Origin: Planctomycetales bacterium
GTDB taxonomy: Bacteria; 4484-113; JAFGCY01
NCBI GenBank assembly: GCA_022646745.1
Contig: CP060262.1
Location: 3,420,001 to 3,452,000 of the forward strand
Direction of reading: 5' to 3'
DNA length: 32,000 nt
Shown: positions 16,563 to 25,599 of the stretch, piece by piece
How the letters are laid out: each line of letters starts with the position of its first letter
Position numbering within the stretch: the stretch's first letter is position 1
Program-made: the position numbers and the translations under genes
The notes under the pieces: generated by a model
What the model saw: only the letters and a program-made list of their open reading frames with translations
What the model was told of the DNA's origin: nothing
The model's database searches: none

Positions 16563-16928
16563 TTAAAACTCCAGTCCAGCTTCCCGGGCGGCTTCAGCCA
16601 GGGACTTGATGCAGCCGTGGTACTTGAAACCACCGCGGTCGAACACCACCTGGCCGATGCCGGCGCCCTTGCTGCGCTCGGCGATCGCCTTGCCGACTAC
16701 GCCTGCAGCCTCATTGAGCTTCTTGCCGCCGGCCTCGCCCTTGATGGACTCCTGCAGGGTGTTGGCAGCGGCCAGCGTCTTGCCGGTCGTGTCGTCAATC
16801 ACCTGTGCATAGATATGGCGGTTGCTGCGGAACACGCTGAGGCGCGGACGCAGGGGCGTACCGCTCACGCGGCGGCGCAGCCTGCGGTGGCGCAGCACGG
16901 ACATCTTTCTGCGGCTTCTGATTGCCAT
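16563..16928 (-). CDS. rplR: 50S ribosomal protein L18
   Basis: 121 aa with [18 protein letters not shown] and [10 protein letters not shown]. Confidence 0.95.
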   Translation of the reverse strand: MAIRSRRKMSVLRHRRLRRRVSGTPLRPRLSVFRSNRHIYAQVIDDTTGKTLAAANTLQESIKGEAGGKKLNEAAGVVGKAIAERSKGAGIGQVVFDRGGFKYHGCIKSLAEAAREAGLEF

Positions 16929-16931
16929 TGC

Positions 16932-17465
16932 TTAAGCTCCGGATTTGCCGGCTTTGCGCCGGACGTACTGACCCTGGTAGCGGATGCCCTTACCCTTGTA
17001 GGGCTCCACCGGCTTCTTGCGGAAGATCTGGGCGGAGATGAAGCCGACCAGATGCTTGTCAATCCCGCTGACGATGCAGCGCATACCGGTGATCTCGAGG
17101 TTAATCCCGTCCGGGATGTCAATCTCCACCGGGTGCGAGAAGCCCACGGTGAGCACCAGCTTCTTGCCGCGCTGTTCCCACTTGTAACCGGTGCCCTCCA
17201 GCTCCAGCGTCTTGCTGAAGCCATTGGTCACACCGACCACCAGGTTGTTGACCAGCGCACGGGAGAGGCCGTGGTTGGCACGGTCCTGCGGCTTGTCACT
17301 GGGGCGCTTGAAGGTGATCACACCATCCTCGACCTTGTACTCGATCGTGTCCGGGATGGTGCAGCTGAGCTGGCCGAGCTTGCCCTTGACATTGAACTCG
17401 TTGCCACTCGTCTTGACTTCCACCCCTTCGGGGATGAAGATCGGCCTGTTTCCGATTCTCGACAT
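16932..17465 (-). CDS. rplF: 50S ribosomal protein L6
   Basis: 177 aa, starting MSRIGNRPIFIPEGVEVK..., with GKGIRYQGQYVRRKAGK at the C-terminal end. Confidence 0.95.
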   Translation of the reverse strand: MSRIGNRPIFIPEGVEVKTSGNEFNVKGKLGQLSCTIPDTIEYKVEDGVITFKRPSDKPQDRANHGLSRALVNNLVVGVTNGFSKTLELEGTGYKWEQRGKKLVLTVGFSHPVEIDIPDGINLEITGMRCIVSGIDKHLVGFISAQIFRKKPVEPYKGKGIRYQGQYVRRKAGKSGA

Positions 17466-17474
17466 CTGATCCTC

Positions 17475-17894
17475 CTACCAGACCTTCACCAGCAGCTCAC
17501 CGCCGACGTTGTTGCGCCGTGCTTCCTTGTCGGAAAGCACGCCGCGACTGGTCGACAGGATACTGATGCCGTATCCACCACGGACCCGGGGCAGTTCCAT
17601 GCGGCGCACGTACACGCGGCGGCCCGGGCGGCTGACCCTCTCAAGCTGGGTGATCGGACTCACGCGGCGCAGCTCGTCGGCATAGCGCAGCACGATCTTG
17701 ATCTGCTTGAAGGAGTTACCCTTGTTATTCTTTGTCTCGACCACATCCCAGCTCTCAACGAAGCCCTCATCCACAAGGATCTTGGAGATGGAGGCCTTCA
17801 GTCCGCTGAAGGGAGCGCTGACGCTTTCCTTTCGGGTACGGACGCCGTTTCGGATGGTCGTGATGAAATCAGCGACGGGATCGCTCTGACTCAT
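17475..17894 (-). CDS. rpsH: 30S ribosomal protein S8
   Basis: 139 aa with DPVADFITTIRNG, ending GGELLVKVW. Confidence 0.95.
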   Translation of the reverse strand: MSQSDPVADFITTIRNGVRTRKESVSAPFSGLKASISKILVDEGFVESWDVVETKNNKGNSFKQIKIVLRYADELRRVSPITQLERVSRPGRRVYVRRMELPRVRGGYGISILSTSRGVLSDKEARRNNVGGELLVKVW

Positions 17895-17906
17895 ATCTCA
17901 GTTCTC

Positions 17907-18092
17907 CTACCAGGAAGCTTTTCTCACGCCGGGAATCTGACCCTTGAGGGCCAGTTCACGGAACATGTTGCGGCACATCTTGAAATCGCGCATGAAACCA
18001 CGCGGACGGCCGGTCAGGGCACAACGATTCTTCTCCCTGGTGCTGTACTTCTGCTTGTTTTTGGATGCAACTATCTTGCTTGTCTTTGCCAT
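17907..18092 (-). CDS. rpsN: 30S ribosomal protein S14, short (type Z length) form with only 2 of the 4 zinc-ribbon cysteines
   Basis: 61 aa, ending ...[18 protein letters not shown]. The two CxxC motifs of zinc-binding short S14 read CALT and CRNM here. Confidence 0.93.
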   Translation of the reverse strand: MAKTSKIVASKNKQKYSTREKNRCALTGRPRGFMRDFKMCRNMFRELALKGQIPGVRKASW

Positions 18093-18102
18093 GGTTATCT
18101 CG

Positions 18103-18678
18103 CTAGGCTACCTTGGCCACTGTATCGAAGTCATTGAACGGCATGCCCAGCTGCGACAGCAGGTAGGCGGCCTCGACGTTGTCAGGAGCACTGGTGACGA
18201 TGCAGATCTGCATGCCCTTGATGAACTCGATCTCGTCGAAGTTGATCTCGGGGAACACCATCTGGTCCTTCAGGCCGAGGTTGTAGTTGCCACGGCCGTC
18301 GAAGTTGCGCACGCTGACACCCTGGAAGTCACGCACACGCGGCAGCACCACGCTAACGAGCTTGTCCAGGAAGTGCCACATCAGGTGGCCACGCAGGGTC
18401 ACCATGCAGCCGATCTTCATGCCGTCACGGATCTTGAAGTTCGAGATCGACTTGCGCGCGGTGGTGACGAGGGCCTGCTGGCCGGTGATCGTGGTCAGGG
18501 TCTTGACCGCCGCCTGCAGGGTCTTCGGGTTGTCCTTACCCTCACCCACGCCGACGTTGAGCACGATCTTCTGCACGCGCGGTACGAGGTTGATGTTGGC
18601 CAGGCCGCGTTCCTTCATCAGGTTCTCGCGGACCTCCTTCTCGTACTTCATCTGCATTCTGCTCTTGGTAAGTGCCAT
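18103..18678 (-). CDS. rplE: 50S ribosomal protein L5
   Basis: 191 aa, with conserved L5 sequence ([32 protein letters not shown]). Confidence 0.95.
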   Translation of the reverse strand: MALTKSRMQMKYEKEVRENLMKERGLANINLVPRVQKIVLNVGVGEGKDNPKTLQAAVKTLTTITGQQALVTTARKSISNFKIRDGMKIGCMVTLRGHLMWHFLDKLVSVVLPRVRDFQGVSVRNFDGRGNYNLGLKDQMVFPEINFDEIEFIKGMQICIVTSAPDNVEAAYLLSQLGMPFNDFDTVAKVA

Positions 18679-18682
18679 TGTC

Positions 18683-19045
18683 CTACTCCGAATCGATCAG
18701 CTGGTCGCTGACCTTCGCATAGCGCAGCCAGCGGTCATTGACCCAGCGGCGCCCCACTCGCGTGGGCTTTCCGGTCGTCTTGTCGATCACCATCACATTG
18801 CTCAGGTGGATCGGCATCGCGATCGTGATGATGCCACCGGGCTGTCCGCCGGGCTGGCTCTTCACATGCTTCTTGTACTCGTTGAGGCCTTCGACGATGC
18901 ACTTCATCGTCTTGGAGTCGACGCTCACCACCTTGCCGCGGCGGCCCTTCTCCTTGCCGGCGAGCACAACGACTTCGTCGCCGCGCTTGACCTTGGTCTT
19001 GACGGCATGCTCGTTGACATTCTTAGTGCGGATGAAACGTGGCAT
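18683..19045 (-). CDS. rplX: 50S ribosomal protein L24
   Basis: The KOW motif is VKRGDEVVVLAGKEKGRRGKV. ATG 19045 overlaps the rplN TGA by 1 nt. The track start, GTG 19048, is one codon longer. Confidence 0.93.
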   Translation of the reverse strand: MPRFIRTKNVNEHAVKTKVKRGDEVVVLAGKEKGRRGKVVSVDSKTMKCIVEGLNEYKKHVKSQPGGQPGGIITIAMPIHLSNVMVIDKTTGKPTRVGRRWVNDRWLRYAKVSDQLIDSE

Positions 19046-19416
19046 CACAGCACCTCCGGGGCGAGGGACACGATCTTCATGAATCCCTTCTCGCGCAGCT
19101 CACGCGCCACGGGCCCGAACACGCGGGTGCCGCGGGGGTTGAGGGACTCGGGGTCGATGATCACCACGGCGTTGTCGTCAAAGCGCACCACGCTGCCGTC
19201 ACGGCGCTGCGTGGGGAACTTCTGGCGCACGACCACCGCCTTGACCACAGTACCCTTCTTCGCATTGGAGCGCGGGGCGGCCTGCTTCACCGTGCAGACG
19301 ATGATGTCACCGATCTGCGCGGTCTTCTTGCGGCCGCGGCCGAGCACACGGATGGTCAGGACTTCCTTGGCCCCCGTGTTGTCGGCTACTCCCAGTCTGG
19401 TTTCCTGCTGGATCAT
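19045..19416 (-). CDS. rplN: 50S ribosomal protein L14
   Basis: 123 aa, starting [26 protein letters not shown]. Confidence 0.96.
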   Translation of the reverse strand: MIQQETRLGVADNTGAKEVLTIRVLGRGRKKTAQIGDIIVCTVKQAAPRSNAKKGTVVKAVVVRQKFPTQRRDGSVVRFDDNAVVIIDPESLNPRGTRVFGPVARELREKGFMKIVSLAPEVL

Positions 19417-19427
19417 TGGTTATTCCT

Positions 19428-19679
19428 CTAGTGACCCGGTGCGACCCGGATGATTTCCTTGAGAGTCCAGGACTTGCGCTTGGAGATCGGGCGGCACTCC
19501 TCGATGCGGACGAAATCGCCGACCTGGGCCTTGCCCTCCTCATCATGCGCCATGAACTTCTTGCGCACACGGACGTACTTCTTGTAGAGCGGGTGCTGGG
19601 TGGTACGGACCACCTCGACGACGATGGACTTCTCCATGCTGTCGCTCACCACTTTTCCTGTCTTCTGCTTGCGCGGCAT
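19428..19679 (-). CDS. rpsQ: 30S ribosomal protein S17
   Basis: 83 aa with [16 protein letters not shown]...HPLYKKY. Its ATG overlaps the rpmC TAA by 1 nt. Confidence 0.95.
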   Translation of the reverse strand: MPRKQKTGKVVSDSMEKSIVVEVVRTTQHPLYKKYVRVRKKFMAHDEEGKAQVGDFVRIEECRPISKRKSWTLKEIIRVAPGH

Positions 19680-19900
19680 TACTTTGCGCCTCCGTTAAGT
19701 TCCTTCTCGCGGATCAGGTTGTAGACGGCCGCGAGACGGCGGCGGGTCTGCGGGATCATCCGGTAGTTCTCAAGCTTGCCGCTGAGCCGGTCCATCCGGT
19801 GCGTGAAGCTCAGGCTCTTGAGCTCGCGGGCCATGTCGCGCAGCTCTGAGACAGACTTGTCACGCAGTTTTTCCTCTTTGAACCACTTGTTGGTGCTCAT
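19679..19900 (-). CDS. rpmC: 50S ribosomal protein L29
   Basis: ATG 19900 gives [28 protein letters not shown]... and lies 2 nt after the rplP stop. The track ORF (to 19936) overlaps rplP. Confidence 0.9.
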   Translation of the reverse strand: MSTNKWFKEEKLRDKSVSELRDMARELKSLSFTHRMDRLSGKLENYRMIPQTRRRLAAVYNLIREKELNGGAK

Positions 19901-19902
19901 GG

Positions 19903-20322
19903 TTATTTCAGCTCCAGCTTCTCGACGATCTTGCACTTGACCGGGAGCTTGTGCATGGCGCGGGTCAGCGCCTCACGGCACATGGGCTCGTTGTCAGTCA
20001 CGTGGACCTCGAACATGATCGTGCCGGGACGGACCACGGCCACGTAACCTTCGACGTTACCCTTACCCTTACCCTGGCGGGTCTCGGCGGGCTTCTTCGT
20101 ATAGGGCTTGTCGGGGAAGATGCGGATCCACATCTTGCCGAACTTCTTGATTCGGCGTGTGATGCTGATACGGCAGGACTCGATGTGGTTGGCCTTGATC
20201 CAGCCCGGCTCAAGCGCCATCAGGCCGTAGCTGCCGTACAGCACGTCGCAGCCACGGTAGGCCTTGCCACGTGTACGGCCGCGATGCGGCTTGCGGTAGC
20301 GGGTTCTACTCGGTGTCAACAT
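19903..20322 (-). CDS. rplP: 50S ribosomal protein L16
   Basis: 139 aa, starting [19 protein letters not shown]. Confidence 0.96.
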   Translation of the reverse strand: MLTPSRTRYRKPHRGRTRGKAYRGCDVLYGSYGLMALEPGWIKANHIESCRISITRRIKKFGKMWIRIFPDKPYTKKPAETRQGKGKGNVEGYVAVVRPGTIMFEVHVTDNEPMCREALTRAMHKLPVKCKIVEKLELK

Positions 20323-20984
20323 CAGCTGGCCTCCTCGACGCGCTTCTTCTGCGGCACCACCTCACCGGTGTAGATCCAGACCTTCACGCCGATCGCGCCG
20401 GCGATGGTACGGGCCACACCACTGTGGTAGCTGATCTTGGCGCGCAGCGTGTGCAGGGGCACCTTGCCGCGCTTGATGTATTCGGTACGGCTCATTTCCG
20501 CGCCATTGAGGCGGCCGGCGACCATCAGCTTGACGCCCTTGGCACCGGACTGCATGCAGCGCTTCATGGTCTGGCGCAGCACGCGTCGGAAGTTGATACG
20601 CTTCTCGATCTGCGTGATGATGTTGCCGGCGACGACGCGGGCACTGAGGTCCGGCTTGGACTCCTCGTAGAAGTCGAGGTGGATGTCCTCCGTCGTCTTC
20701 AGCTCCTTGCGCAGGCGGCTGATCAGCTCCTCACGGCGGGCGCCGCCCTTGCCGACGGCGATGCCCAGGCGCACCACGAAGCAGTTGATGATCACCTTGC
20801 CGATGTAGCGGTTGATCACCACGCGGCTCAGCTGTGCGGTGAACAGCTCCTTCTCGAGGAACTTGCGGATCTTGATGTCCTCGATCAGGTAGTCAGCGTA
20901 CTTGCTGCGGTCCGCATACCAGGTGCTGTCCCAGTTCTCGGTGACACCGAGGCGGAAACCCTTGGGATGTGTCTTCTGACCCAT
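20322..20984 (-). CDS. rpsC: 30S ribosomal protein S3
   Basis: 220 aa, starting [13 protein letters not shown], with KH and S3-C domain sequences. Confidence 0.96.
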   Translation of the reverse strand: MGQKTHPKGFRLGVTENWDSTWYADRSKYADYLIEDIKIRKFLEKELFTAQLSRVVINRYIGKVIINCFVVRLGIAVGKGGARREELISRLRKELKTTEDIHLDFYEESKPDLSARVVAGNIITQIEKRINFRRVLRQTMKRCMQSGAKGVKLMVAGRLNGAEMSRTEYIKRGKVPLHTLRAKISYHSGVARTIAGAIGVKVWIYTGEVVPQKKRVEEAS

Positions 20985-20994
20985 CTATCGCTCC

Positions 20995-21357
20995 TTAATT
21001 GCTTCCCGCGGCAGACTTGCTGCCCGGCTTGACGTCAAGTTCGATGGTCACATGGCAGGACCGCTTGAAGATCCGGAAGGCACGGCCACGGGCACGCGGC
21101 TTGATGCGCTTCATCGTCGGACCCTGGTCCACCATCACGTTGCTGACGAACAGGTCAGCGGGATCCAGGTTGTTGTTGTTCTGGGCGTTGGCAATCGCAC
21201 TCTTCAGCAGCTTGTGCAGGGTCTGGCAGGTCGGGCTGCTCTGCAGCTGCAGGATCGCCAGCGAACGGTCCACCGGCTCACCCTTGATGGTGCTGGCGAA
21301 GCGCCGCACCTTGAGTGAGGGCACGCCGAAGTTCTTCAGACGGGCGTAGGTTTTCAT
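20995..21357 (-). CDS. rplV: 50S ribosomal protein L22
   Basis: ATG 21357 (ATGA overlap with the rpsS stop) gives [19 protein letters not shown]... The track ORF, extended to 21465, lies inside rpsS. Confidence 0.93.
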   Translation of the reverse strand: MKTYARLKNFGVPSLKVRRFASTIKGEPVDRSLAILQLQSSPTCQTLHKLLKSAIANAQNNNNLDPADLFVSNVMVDQGPTMKRIKPRARGRAFRIFKRSCHVTIELDVKPGSKSAAGSN

Positions 21358-21632
21358 CGCTTGCCCTTCCTTTCGTCCTTCATGTGGCTGCGGAAGTTGC
21401 GCGTCGGGGCGAACTCGCCGAAACGGTGGCCGACAAGGTCCTCGGTGACGAACACCGGATACCACTTCTTGCCGTTATACACCTCGAAGTTGTGCCCGAT
21501 GAACTCAGGGGCGATCATCGATGCGCGCTTGAACACGCGGATCACCTTGCGGTCGCCCGACTCATTGAGCTTGTCAATCTTCTCGTACAGCGAATAGTGT
21601 ACGTACGGTCCTTTCTTGCTGGAGCGGCTCAT
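21354..21632 (-). CDS. rpsS: 30S ribosomal protein S19
   Basis: 92 aa, starting [11 protein letters not shown], with [33 protein letters not shown]. Confidence 0.96.
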   Translation of the reverse strand: MSRSSKKGPYVHYSLYEKIDKLNESGDRKVIRVFKRASMIAPEFIGHNFEVYNGKKWYPVFVTEDLVGHRFGEFAPTRNFRSHMKDERKGKR

Positions 21633-21647
21633 CTGTTCATCTACTCC

Positions 21648-22478
21648 TTACTTGACCCTGCGGTCCTTAACCAGGTGGCGCTTGGACTTGCTCTTGCTGC
21701 GGGTACGGTAACCCTTCGCGAGCACACCGGTGGCACTTGTCGGCGGACGACCACTGTTGGTACGTCCCTCACCGCCGCCGTGCGGGTGGTCCACCGGGTT
21801 CATCACGGTGCCACGCACGTGGGGACGGCGGCCGCGGTGCCTGTTGCGGCCCGCGTTGCCGAGCTTGACGTTTGAGTTGTCAGAGTTGCTTACCGTACCG
21901 ATGGTGGCACGGCACTTGCGGTTGACACGGCGCATCTCGCCGCTTGGAAGGCGGATGATCGCATCGCTGCCTTCCTTGGCCATCACCTGGGCACTGGTGC
22001 CCGCGGCGCGGACCAGCTTGCCCTTCTGGCCGGGACGGATCTCGATGTTGTGGATCACGGTACCGTCGGGGATGTTCTCCAGCGGCAGCGTGTTGCCAAC
22101 CTTGATCGAGGACTCGGGGCCGCTCTGGATGCGGTCGCCGACCTTGACGCCCTCCGGGCAGATCACGTAGCTGAGCTTGCCGCTCTCATAGCGCACCAGC
22201 GCGATGAAGGCGGTACGGTTCGGGTCGTACTGGATGCTCTGCACGCTGGCGGCCTCAGCGTCGTTGACACGCTTGAAGTCCACCAGGCGGTAGTGCTGGC
22301 GGTTACCGCCACCACGGCTGCGCACGGTCACGCGGCCGGTGTTGTTGCGGCCACTGTGCTTCTTCTTGCGCTCCAGCAGGCTCTTCTCGGGCTTGTCGCC
22401 GGTGAGCGTTGCCGAATAATCGATCACGCTCATGCCGCGACGGCTCGGGGTATACGGTTTGTACTTCTTGATCGGCAT
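21648..22478 (-). CDS. rplB: 50S ribosomal protein L2
   Basis: 276 aa, starting MPIKKYKPYTPSRRG, with MNPVDHPHGGGEGR. Confidence 0.96.
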   Translation of the reverse strand: MPIKKYKPYTPSRRGMSVIDYSATLTGDKPEKSLLERKKKHSGRNNTGRVTVRSRGGGNRQHYRLVDFKRVNDAEAASVQSIQYDPNRTAFIALVRYESGKLSYVICPEGVKVGDRIQSGPESSIKVGNTLPLENIPDGTVIHNIEIRPGQKGKLVRAAGTSAQVMAKEGSDAIIRLPSGEMRRVNRKCRATIGTVSNSDNSNVKLGNAGRNRHRGRRPHVRGTVMNPVDHPHGGGEGRTNSGRPPTSATGVLAKGYRTRSKSKSKRHLVKDRRVK

Positions 22479-22489
22479 CAGGTTCTCCG

Positions 22490-22789
22490 CTAGACCGCTT
22501 CGGTGAGCTCAGCGATCCGCTGGCCCTCGGCAAGCGCGATGATCGCCTTGCGGCGCTTGTTCTTCATGTACTCGTGGCGGCCGACGCGCTTCTTCTTGCG
22601 GGGCAGGTTGATGATGTTGACCTCAACCACGTCCACGTTGAAGCGCTCCTTGATGGCACGGGCCACGTCCAGCTTGGTGGCGTTGACACTGACCTGGAAC
22701 ACGTACTTGCCTTCGTTGAGCATCAGGTCGTTGCTCTTCTCGGACAGGTGCGGCTGGATCAGCACGTCCGCGTAATGGAATGCTGCCAT
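22490..22789 (-). CDS. rplW: 50S ribosomal protein L23
   Basis: 99 aa with ...LSEKSNDLMLNEGKYVFQVSVNATKLDVARAIKERFNV. Its ATG overlaps the rplD TAA. Confidence 0.94.
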   Translation of the reverse strand: MAAFHYADVLIQPHLSEKSNDLMLNEGKYVFQVSVNATKLDVARAIKERFNVDVVEVNIINLPRKKKRVGRHEYMKNKRRKAIIALAEGQRIAELTEAV

Positions 22790-23451
22790 TACTCTTCACC
22801 TCCGTCTTCATCAGCTGCGGGGGCCGCTGCCGGGGCAGTGTTGCCGGCGGCGCCGTTCTGCAGGCTGAGCAGGTCCTTGTAGTGGTCGAGCGCGCTCTGG
22901 GAGAACACGAGGGCCTCGCTCTCCACCAGGTCACGCACGTTCAGGTGCTCCGGGGTCACGCTGCGCACGAAGGGCAGGTTGCGGGCACCGAGCCAGACCG
23001 CGCTGTCATTGAGGACCACGAGGTTGATCGTGCGGGCCTCGACACCGGCAAGCACGCCGTTGACATCCTTGGTCTTGTTGAATCCGTCGAAGTCCTTGCC
23101 CTGGATCACGAACGCGCTGTCAGACACGATGTGGTGCAGCACGGCGGAACGGAGGGCGGAGCGGCGGACCTGCTTGTTCAGGTTCTTCACCTGGCGGCGC
23201 GGGCGCGGCGGGAAAGCCAGACCACCACCGTACATGTGCGGGTTCGTGCGCTCACCCTGGCGGGCGCGGCCGGTACCCTTCTGGCGATACCACTTGGCGC
23301 TGGTGGCCTTGACGTCGCTCTTGCGCTTCTTTTTGGCCGTCAGCGGGCTGCCCAGCGCGATCTGGCGCAGGTAGCTCTCCTGGATGTGGTAGACGTTGGG
23401 TTTCTCGAGCAGGAGCTCGGGAAGCTCCTTGAGCTTGACCTTCTTGGCCAT
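22789..23451 (-). CDS. rplD: 50S ribosomal protein L4 (Ala/Pro then acidic C-terminal tail)
   Basis: 220 aa with [28 protein letters not shown]. Confidence 0.95.
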   Translation of the reverse strand: MAKKVKLKELPELLLEKPNVYHIQESYLRQIALGSPLTAKKKRKSDVKATSAKWYRQKGTGRARQGERTNPHMYGGGLAFPPRPRRQVKNLNKQVRRSALRSAVLHHIVSDSAFVIQGKDFDGFNKTKDVNGVLAGVEARTINLVVLNDSAVWLGARNLPFVRSVTPEHLNVRDLVESEALVFSQSALDHYKDLLSLQNGAAGNTAPAAAPAADEDGGEE

Positions 23452-23454
23452 GTC

Positions 23455-24129
23455 CTACTCCTCTCCCTCGACGGCCGCGATTTCATCCGCGGGCCGCTCG
23501 CTGATGCGCTTCACGAACAGCATCCCGCCGTTGGGGCCGGGGACACTGCCGCTCACGGCGATCACGTTGAGGTCCTTGTCGTATTCAAAGATCGTCAGGC
23601 CCTTGATGGTGACCTGGTCGTGGCCCATGTGGCCGGGACGGCGGCTGCCCTTGAAGACACGGGCGGCATCCGTCGCACCGTTGGACTGCGGGCGGCGGTT
23701 GTCCGGGTCACCGTGGGTGCGCTGCTGGCCGGCGAAGCCGTGGCGCTTCATCGCACCGGCGAAGCCCTTACCCTTGCTCATGCCGGTGACGTTGATCTGG
23801 TCCCAGCGGGCCATGAAGTCAACCGGGTTGACTTCCATGCCGACCTCGATGCCCTCAAGCTCCTCGGGGCTGCAACGCACCTCGTAGAACTTGCTGAACA
23901 CCTTGTCAGTGCCGGCCTTGGCGAGCACGCCCTTGGTGGGCTTGTTGATGCGCTTCTCCAGGGTCTCGCGGTAGGCGACCTGCACGGCGCTGTAGCCGTC
24001 GGTCTCCTGGCGCTTGATCTGGGTGACAACGACCGGCAGCGGCTGCAAGAGCGTCACTGGCAACGTGGTGCCGGTGCCGTCGAATGCAGACGTCATCCCG
24101 ATCTTCTTGGCTGGTATCTTCTTGATCAT
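23455..24129 (-). CDS. rplC: 50S ribosomal protein L3
   Basis: ATG 24129 gives MIKKIPAKKIGMTSAFDG..., matching the conserved L3 N-terminus. An upstream ATG at 24171 (SD-like AGGA 6 nt before it) would add 14 residues and read through the hairpin at 24148..24169. Confidence 0.9.
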   Translation of the reverse strand: MIKKIPAKKIGMTSAFDGTGTTLPVTLLQPLPVVVTQIKRQETDGYSAVQVAYRETLEKRINKPTKGVLAKAGTDKVFSKFYEVRCSPEELEGIEVGMEVNPVDFMARWDQINVTGMSKGKGFAGAMKRHGFAGQQRTHGDPDNRRPQSNGATDAARVFKGSRRPGHMGHDQVTIKGLTIFEYDKDLNVIAVSGSVPGPNGGMLFVKRISERPADEIAAVEGEE

Positions 24130-24141
24130 TGCTTTATCCAG

Positions 24142-24169
24142 AAAAAAGGGCACCGCACGGCGGATGCCC
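24142..24169 (-). terminator. intrinsic-terminator-like hairpin + U6 between rpsJ and rplC
   Basis: The minus strand reads GGGCAuCCGC-cgu-GCGGUGCCC, a 9-bp GC-rich stem with one bulge and a 3-nt loop. It is followed immediately by UUUUUU (plus-strand A6 at 24142..24147). The element starts 15 nt after the rpsJ stop. Confidence 0.5.
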
Positions 24170-24183
24170 ATTTCTTATCCTGC

Positions 24184-24489
24184 TTAGACCTTCAGCTCCA
24201 CGTCAACACCACTCGGAAGGTCGAGCGCACTGAGGTGCTCAACGGTCTGGGAGGTGGGGCTGAGGATGTCAATCACGCGCTTGTGCGTGCGCATCTCGAA
24301 ATGCTCGCGCGACTTCTTGTCAACGTGCGGGCTGCGCAGAACGCAGTACACACGGCGCTCCGTCGGCAGCGGAATCGGGCCGACGACGCGTGCACCGCTG
24401 CGCTCAGCGGTCGACACAATCCGCTCGACGCTCTGGTCGAGAATCTTGTAGTCGAAGCTCTTGAGCCTGATTCGAATCCTCTGTGCCAT
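24184..24489 (-). CDS. rpsJ: 30S ribosomal protein S10
   Basis: 101 aa, starting [20 protein letters not shown]..., with [23 protein letters not shown] 24489 has GAAGGA about 8 nt upstream. Confidence 0.96.
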   Translation of the reverse strand: MAQRIRIRLKSFDYKILDQSVERIVSTAERSGARVVGPIPLPTERRVYCVLRSPHVDKKSREHFEMRTHKRVIDILSPTSQTVEHLSALDLPSGVDVELKV

Positions 24490-24521
24490 CTGGACTATCC
24501 TTCACAAATTCTGAACATAAG

Positions 24522-24553
24522 AAAGGCCACGTCCCTCATCAGGACTGGCCTTT
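24522..24553 (-). terminator. attenuator/terminator-like hairpin in the rpsJ leader
   Basis: The minus strand reads AAAGGCCAGUCC-ugaugag-GGAC(g)UGGCCUUU, a 12-bp stem with one bulge. It runs into CUUAUGUU, so the 3' arm plus tail reads UUUCUUAUGUU. The hairpin's 3' end lies 32 nt upstream of the rpsJ ATG. Confidence 0.4.
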
Positions 24554-24650
24554 GCTTGCTGTAACCACCCGACAGTCAGGGCACTTTCCGTATGGAGGAG
24601 TTACCCCGAATCGACAGGCACCACCGGGACGATCTCCCAGTGGACTGCGG

Positions 24651-24679
24651 AGTGTAACACAAGAATCCCACACTGGCAA
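24651..24679 (-). promoter_or_regulatory. candidate promoter of the S10 operon
   Basis: The minus strand has TTGCCA (24679..24674), a 17-nt spacer ending in TGT, and TACACT (24656..24651). The predicted transcript would begin with a 9-bp hairpin (24621..24643), giving a leader of about 155 nt. Confidence 0.45.
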
Positions 24680-24827
24680 TACTTTGGCGCCATTGCGGGA
24701 ATTCTCTTCAGATACCTTGATCGGAGGCCAGACCGGTGGTCTGACAGGAGGCCAGTGCCATGCACTGGCAGGTCTTCATCCCCGGAATTTTACGGTTCCG
24801 CTCGGGAAATCTCTGCTGCAACCTGAT

Positions 24828-25499
24828 TCACTTCTCGAACCTGCGCCAATTCCCCTCGGAAATCACCTTCACTTCCCCGTCCAGCACCTGGATTGCCGTC
24901 GTGTCATCCATCGCATAGACCGTCACCGGCATCTGCGCTGCCCATTCCTCCGCCTTGGCCGAGGTGTTGTTCACGAAGCCGGGGTAGTCGAGGTGCGGGA
25001 ACATCGCAAAGTCCACGAGACCGAGTCCGACCTGCTCCACCCCGCTGAGATTGTGCAGGCCGTAGCTCTTGCCGCCAAAGTTCGCCGCAGCCACCATGCT
25101 GCCGGCACTCAGGCCGACATATACCTTCTCATTGCCGAAGCTGTGCAGCATCGCCGCCAGCCCGGACTCCCGCATCCAGTGCGCCAGGTACAGCGGGTCA
25201 CCACCGCCTACGAGGATCACATCCGCTTCATTAACCCAGCGCTGCCATGTCTCCTCCTTCAGGCTGGGCAGCGCAGTCAGCTCCAGCACTCCCAGCGAGG
25301 CCCAACCCATGTCGCAGAAGGGATCGCCGATCCGGCCGGTGAGCACGCCGTAGCACAGCGATGGGCCTTCGCCGATGCCGTAGATCGCTGTCGGCACGAA
25401 CAGCGCGCGGCATTCTGAAATGGGCTTGCCCAGCAGCTCCAGCAGTGCATCCATGATGGACTGGTTGCTGATCCCAGCTGAGGTGAGTAGCAGCTTCAA
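24828..25499 (-). CDS. S51 family peptidase (peptidase E / dipeptidase E-like)
   Basis: TTG 25499 is preceded by AGGAG with a 6-nt spacer and gives MKLLLTSAGISNQ... The nucleophile motif is VYVGLSAGSMVAA, followed by a downstream FPHLD His. The track ORF (to 25610) adds 37 upstream residues with no SD. Confidence 0.8.
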   Translation of the reverse strand: MKLLLTSAGISNQSIMDALLELLGKPISECRALFVPTAIYGIGEGPSLCYGVLTGRIGDPFCDMGWASLGVLELTALPSLKEETWQRWVNEADVILVGGGDPLYLAHWMRESGLAAMLHSFGNEKVYVGLSAGSMVAAANFGGKSYGLHNLSGVEQVGLGLVDFAMFPHLDYPGFVNNTSAKAEEWAAQMPVTVYAMDDTTAIQVLDGEVKVISEGNWRRFEK

Positions 25500-25535
25500 A
25501 TCTGGCTCCTTTCGATGGGGCTCGGAGTATACATT

Positions 25536-25547
25536 ACATATATATGT
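25536..25547. promoter_or_regulatory. AT-rich perfect palindrome ACATATATATGT in the divergent intergenic region
   Basis: This is the only strongly AT-rich patch (about 25530..25560) between the S51 gene and the small plus-strand ORF. It is a plausible core promoter or operator DNA, but no clean -35/-10 pair could be assigned. Confidence 0.3.
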
Positions 25548-25599
25548 TGATACTTTTTGGATAGCGGGAGGCGCCCAACGCCAACCTCCAAGCTTCTGC

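Noticed and set aside
24522-24553. The CUGAUGAG sequence in the loop of the rpsJ leader hairpin resembles the hammerhead ribozyme core.
   Set aside because: No downstream stem II followed by the GAAA box is present, and there is no cleavage-site helix III arrangement. An 8-mer match alone is expected by chance.
24708-24779. A 23-aa minus-strand ORF (MKTCQCMALASCQTTGLASDQGI) lies between the S51 gene and the S10 promoter.
   Set aside because: It has no SD. It is made almost entirely of the two GC-rich hairpins (24751..24769 and 24729..24743) and lies upstream of the predicted promoter. It is most likely a non-coding structure.
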